Below, one piece after another: positions 61,393 through 64,000 of a stretch of 64,000 nt of DNA. The position numbers and the translations under genes were made by a program. Position 1 is the first letter of the stretch; every line of letters begins with the position of its first letter. Where the stretch lies: NCBI GenBank assembly GCA_963803435.1, contig CAWDML010000009.1, positions 896,001-960,000 of the forward strand, given 5' to 3'. The DNA is from an uncultured delta proteobacterium. GTDB lineage: Bacteria > Myxococcota > Kuafuiibacteriia > Kuafuiibacteriales > Kuafuiibacteriaceae. Under the pieces are notes generated by a model that was given only the letters and a program-made list of their open reading frames with translations, was not told the DNA's origin and searched no databases.

Positions 61393-63922
61393 ATGCGCTC
61401 GAGATCCCCTGGTGTTCGTCGGACGCAGCCTGGAGCAGGCCCACATCGCGGAGAAGCTGGCGCGGGGGGCGCGGCTGATCACGATCCTGGGCCCGGGCGG
61501 TATCGGTAAGACCCGGCTGGCGCTGGAGGCGGCGCGGGGTACGGGCGCCCGCTTCTGCGACCTCTCGTCCGCGTCGAGCCCCTTCGACCTGCTGCTGGTG
61601 GTGGCCGCGATGCTCGAGACCGACCTGGGATCGATCGAGGACGAGCAGGCCGCCACCGCGATGCTCAGCGGAGTGCTCGAGCGACGCGGCGAGCTCGTCA
61701 TCCTCGACAACTTCGAGCAGCTCCTCCCCGAGGGGGCTCGGGTGATCGAGTCGTGGCTGTCGTCGACCTCATCGCCCCGCTTCCTGATCACATCACGTGC
61801 GCCGCTTCGCACGTCGGTCGAGGAGCGGCTCGAGCTCCCGCCGCTGACCGAGGAGGAGGGCGCGACGCTGTTCCGGTCGCGCTGCGGGGCGCTCGGTCTC
61901 CCGCCGGCTGCCGTCGGCCCCGAGCAGGACGCGATCGCCGAGATCGTACGCCGGCTCGACGGCATCCCCCTCGCGATCGAGCTGGCCGCGGCGCGCGCTC
62001 CCTTGCTCGGGCCGCGTCGAATCCTGGCGCGGCTGGACCAGCTGGGCCCGGCGTCGCGCGACCGGCCCGAGCGGCAGGCGACCCTGGAGAAGACCATCGC
62101 GTGGTCGTGGGGCATGCTCGACGACGCGGAGCGACAGGCGCTGGCCGAGACCGCGGTCTTCGTCGGGACGTTCAGCGTCGAGGCCTGCGAGGCGGTGCTC
62201 GGGCCCACGCTGGCGGGGCGGCCCACGCTCGAGCTGCTCCACGGGCTCCGCGAGAAGTCGCTGCTTCGGATCGTCGGGGGCGCGTCGCCTGGCGTTCGCC
62301 GGCTCCGTCACTTCGAGATCGTCCGCATCTTCGCGTCGGCCCGGCTCGACGAGCTCGGCACGGCGGAGCTCGTCGCCCGCCGACATGCCGTCCACTACCT
62401 CGCGGTCGTCGAGCGCCTCGCCGAAGAGCTGAATGGACCCGAGGGGGCGCTCGCCCAGGCCGACTTCGCGGCGGAGCTCGACAACGTCTGGGCGGCCGAG
62501 CGCCGCGTCTTCGACTCTGAGCCGGCGATCGCGGCCCGGATCCTGCTCGCTGCGCAGGCGGTCCTGATCCTTCGTGGACCGTTCGCGGGCGGCCTCGAGA
62601 TGGCGACGCGCGCGCTCGACGCGGCCGTCCGCTCCGGCGATCCGCTGCTCATGGTCGCCGCGCATGTGGCCCGGGCCGAGGTGCTGGTGTTCCAGCGAAG
62701 GCACGCCGAGGCTGACGGCGACCTGAAGGCGGCGCTGGCCGGCGCGACCGCAGCCGGGGCCGATCGACTGCGGGGCCAGGCGATCCGGTGGATCGGGATC
62801 GTCGCGCGCGAGGATGGGCGGGTCGAAGAGGCGGAGCGCGCGCTCGAGGAGGCCCTCTCGATCAGTCGCACCATCGGCGATCGGCTGCTCGAGGCGCGCG
62901 CGCTCAGCAATCTGGGGACGCTGCGCCGGTTCCAGCTGCGCGACGAAGAGGCCGTCGAGCTGTATGACCGGGCGCTGGCTGGGCACCAGGCGCTCCGCAA
63001 CGCCCAGGGCGAGATCGTCGTGCTCGGCAACATCGGCCACCTGCACGCCGCGAGCGGTCGGCTGCGCGCAGCGGTGGCCGCGTACCGGGAGGCGCTCGAG
63101 CACCAGCCCGACCGCGTCGATCGACGCTCGGAGGCGATCATCATGGCGCACCTGGGCGGGGTGGAGGCGCGGCTGGGCCAGCTCGATCCGGCGGGCGAAC
63201 ACGAGGAGCGGGCGCTCAGGACCTTCGAGGAGCTCGGCGACGGGCCGATGGAGGCGCTGGTCTCGGCCCAGCTGGGCACGATCGCGGCTGCGCGCCACGA
63301 CCTCGAGGCGGCGAGCCGGTGGTTCACGCGATCGCGCCGGATCTCGATGGCGTTCTCGTCATCCGGGTGGCGGGTCGCCTGCGAGGTCCTCGAGGGCCTG
63401 CTCGACGTCGCTCGGGCCGACACCGCGATGAGGCAAGGCGATAAGGAGGAGGCGGCGGCGCACCTCGATCGTGCGCGGAAGGCGCTGGCCTCTGCGCGCG
63501 ACGGCATGGAGATCGGCACGGTTCACTCCGAGCACGTGCGCCAGGCGGTCGAGCGTCTCCAGGCGGCGCTCGAGCACGGGGTCCCCGAGGCGAGCCCGTC
63601 GAAGCCGGCCCTGACGATCGCGGCGGATGGGAGCTGGTTCTCGGTCGAATCGGAGGCGCCCGTCGATCTCTCGCGCCGGGGCCCGCTGGCCCGGCTGCTC
63701 CGGCGACTCCTCGAGCGTCGCCTGGCGGCGCCGGACGAGGTGGTCACTTTGGACGAGCTGCTGGAAGCGGGGTGGACGGGGGAGCGTGTCCTCCCCGAGG
63801 CCGGCCGGGCGCGCGTCTATTCGGCGATCCGCGCACTCCGGCGTTTCGGTCTCGAGCAGGTGCTCATCACGCGCGACGGCGGATATCTGCTCCATCCGGC
63901 CGCGCTCGTGACGCGCGCCTGA
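61393..63922 (+). CDS. STAND ATPase - TPR - C-terminal winged-HTH regulator, paralog of the divergent gene
   Basis: FVGRSLE, GPGGIGKT, VILDNFEQ, TSR, LDGIPLAIELAA, TPRs, tail GWTGERV...RVYSAIRALRRFGLEQVL. ATG 61393 needs one C removed from GATCCCC (61403-61409), otherwise GTG 61412. Confidence 0.9.
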
Positions 63923-63925
63923 GCG

Positions 63926-63970
63926 TTGAAGGCGCCTGAAACCGTCTGCACGCGTTGAAATGATCTGAAG
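63926..63970 (+). repeat. Helically phased TGAA direct repeats (candidate regulator-binding array)
   Basis: TGAA 63927, TGAA 63937, TGCA 63947, TGAA 63956, TGAA 63966 (spacing 10,10,9,10), directly after the stop codon. Confidence 0.55.
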
Positions 63971-64000
63971 GCTGGCGGCCCGCGGTCCCCAGGCCCGGTC

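Noticed and set aside
58798-63922. Avs-type antiviral STAND defence system
   Set aside because: No N-terminal nuclease, protease, SIR2 or TIR effector; the C-terminal wHTH-like tail points to transcriptional regulation.

Overview
A 64 kb, very GC-rich bacterial chromosomal segment, most likely Myxococcota. The assignment is inferred from a MYXO-CTERM-like protease tail, FHA/sigma54 activator plus Ser/Thr kinase pairs, a TIGR02996-like LRR protein and Cys-rich surface proteins. About 40 genes can be supported. Housekeeping/metabolism: dgt, PfkB kinase, 2-oxoacid dehydrogenase E1 alpha/beta, DAHP synthase, an RpoD-like sigma factor. Signalling: a two-component system, two EBP/kinase pairs, a HEAT plus degenerate HD-GYP pair, and two head-to-head STAND-TPR-wHTH paralogs. 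Several secreted or surface proteins are also present. No rRNA, tRNA, CRISPR array or transposase was seen. About 14 genes or gene segments are broken by single-base insertions that nearly all sit in or beside GATC, probably a sequencing artefact of GATC methylation. The most notable observations are: (1) a 600 bp transposase-less element in which a four-helix-bundle (23S-IVP family) gene is enclosed by 64/70 bp inverted repeats with hexamer arrays and CCTAGG ends, inserted at a stop codon; (2) an archaeal-type Rnl3 RNA ligase converging on an RNA-free RNase P (HARP) with an unusual N-terminal extension; (3) an AraC-linked cohesin-like lipoprotein plus dockerin-bearing M1 peptidase; (4) a DUF218-NagB-NagA triple fusion. 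All family calls come from motif recognition by eye; no database searches were run.
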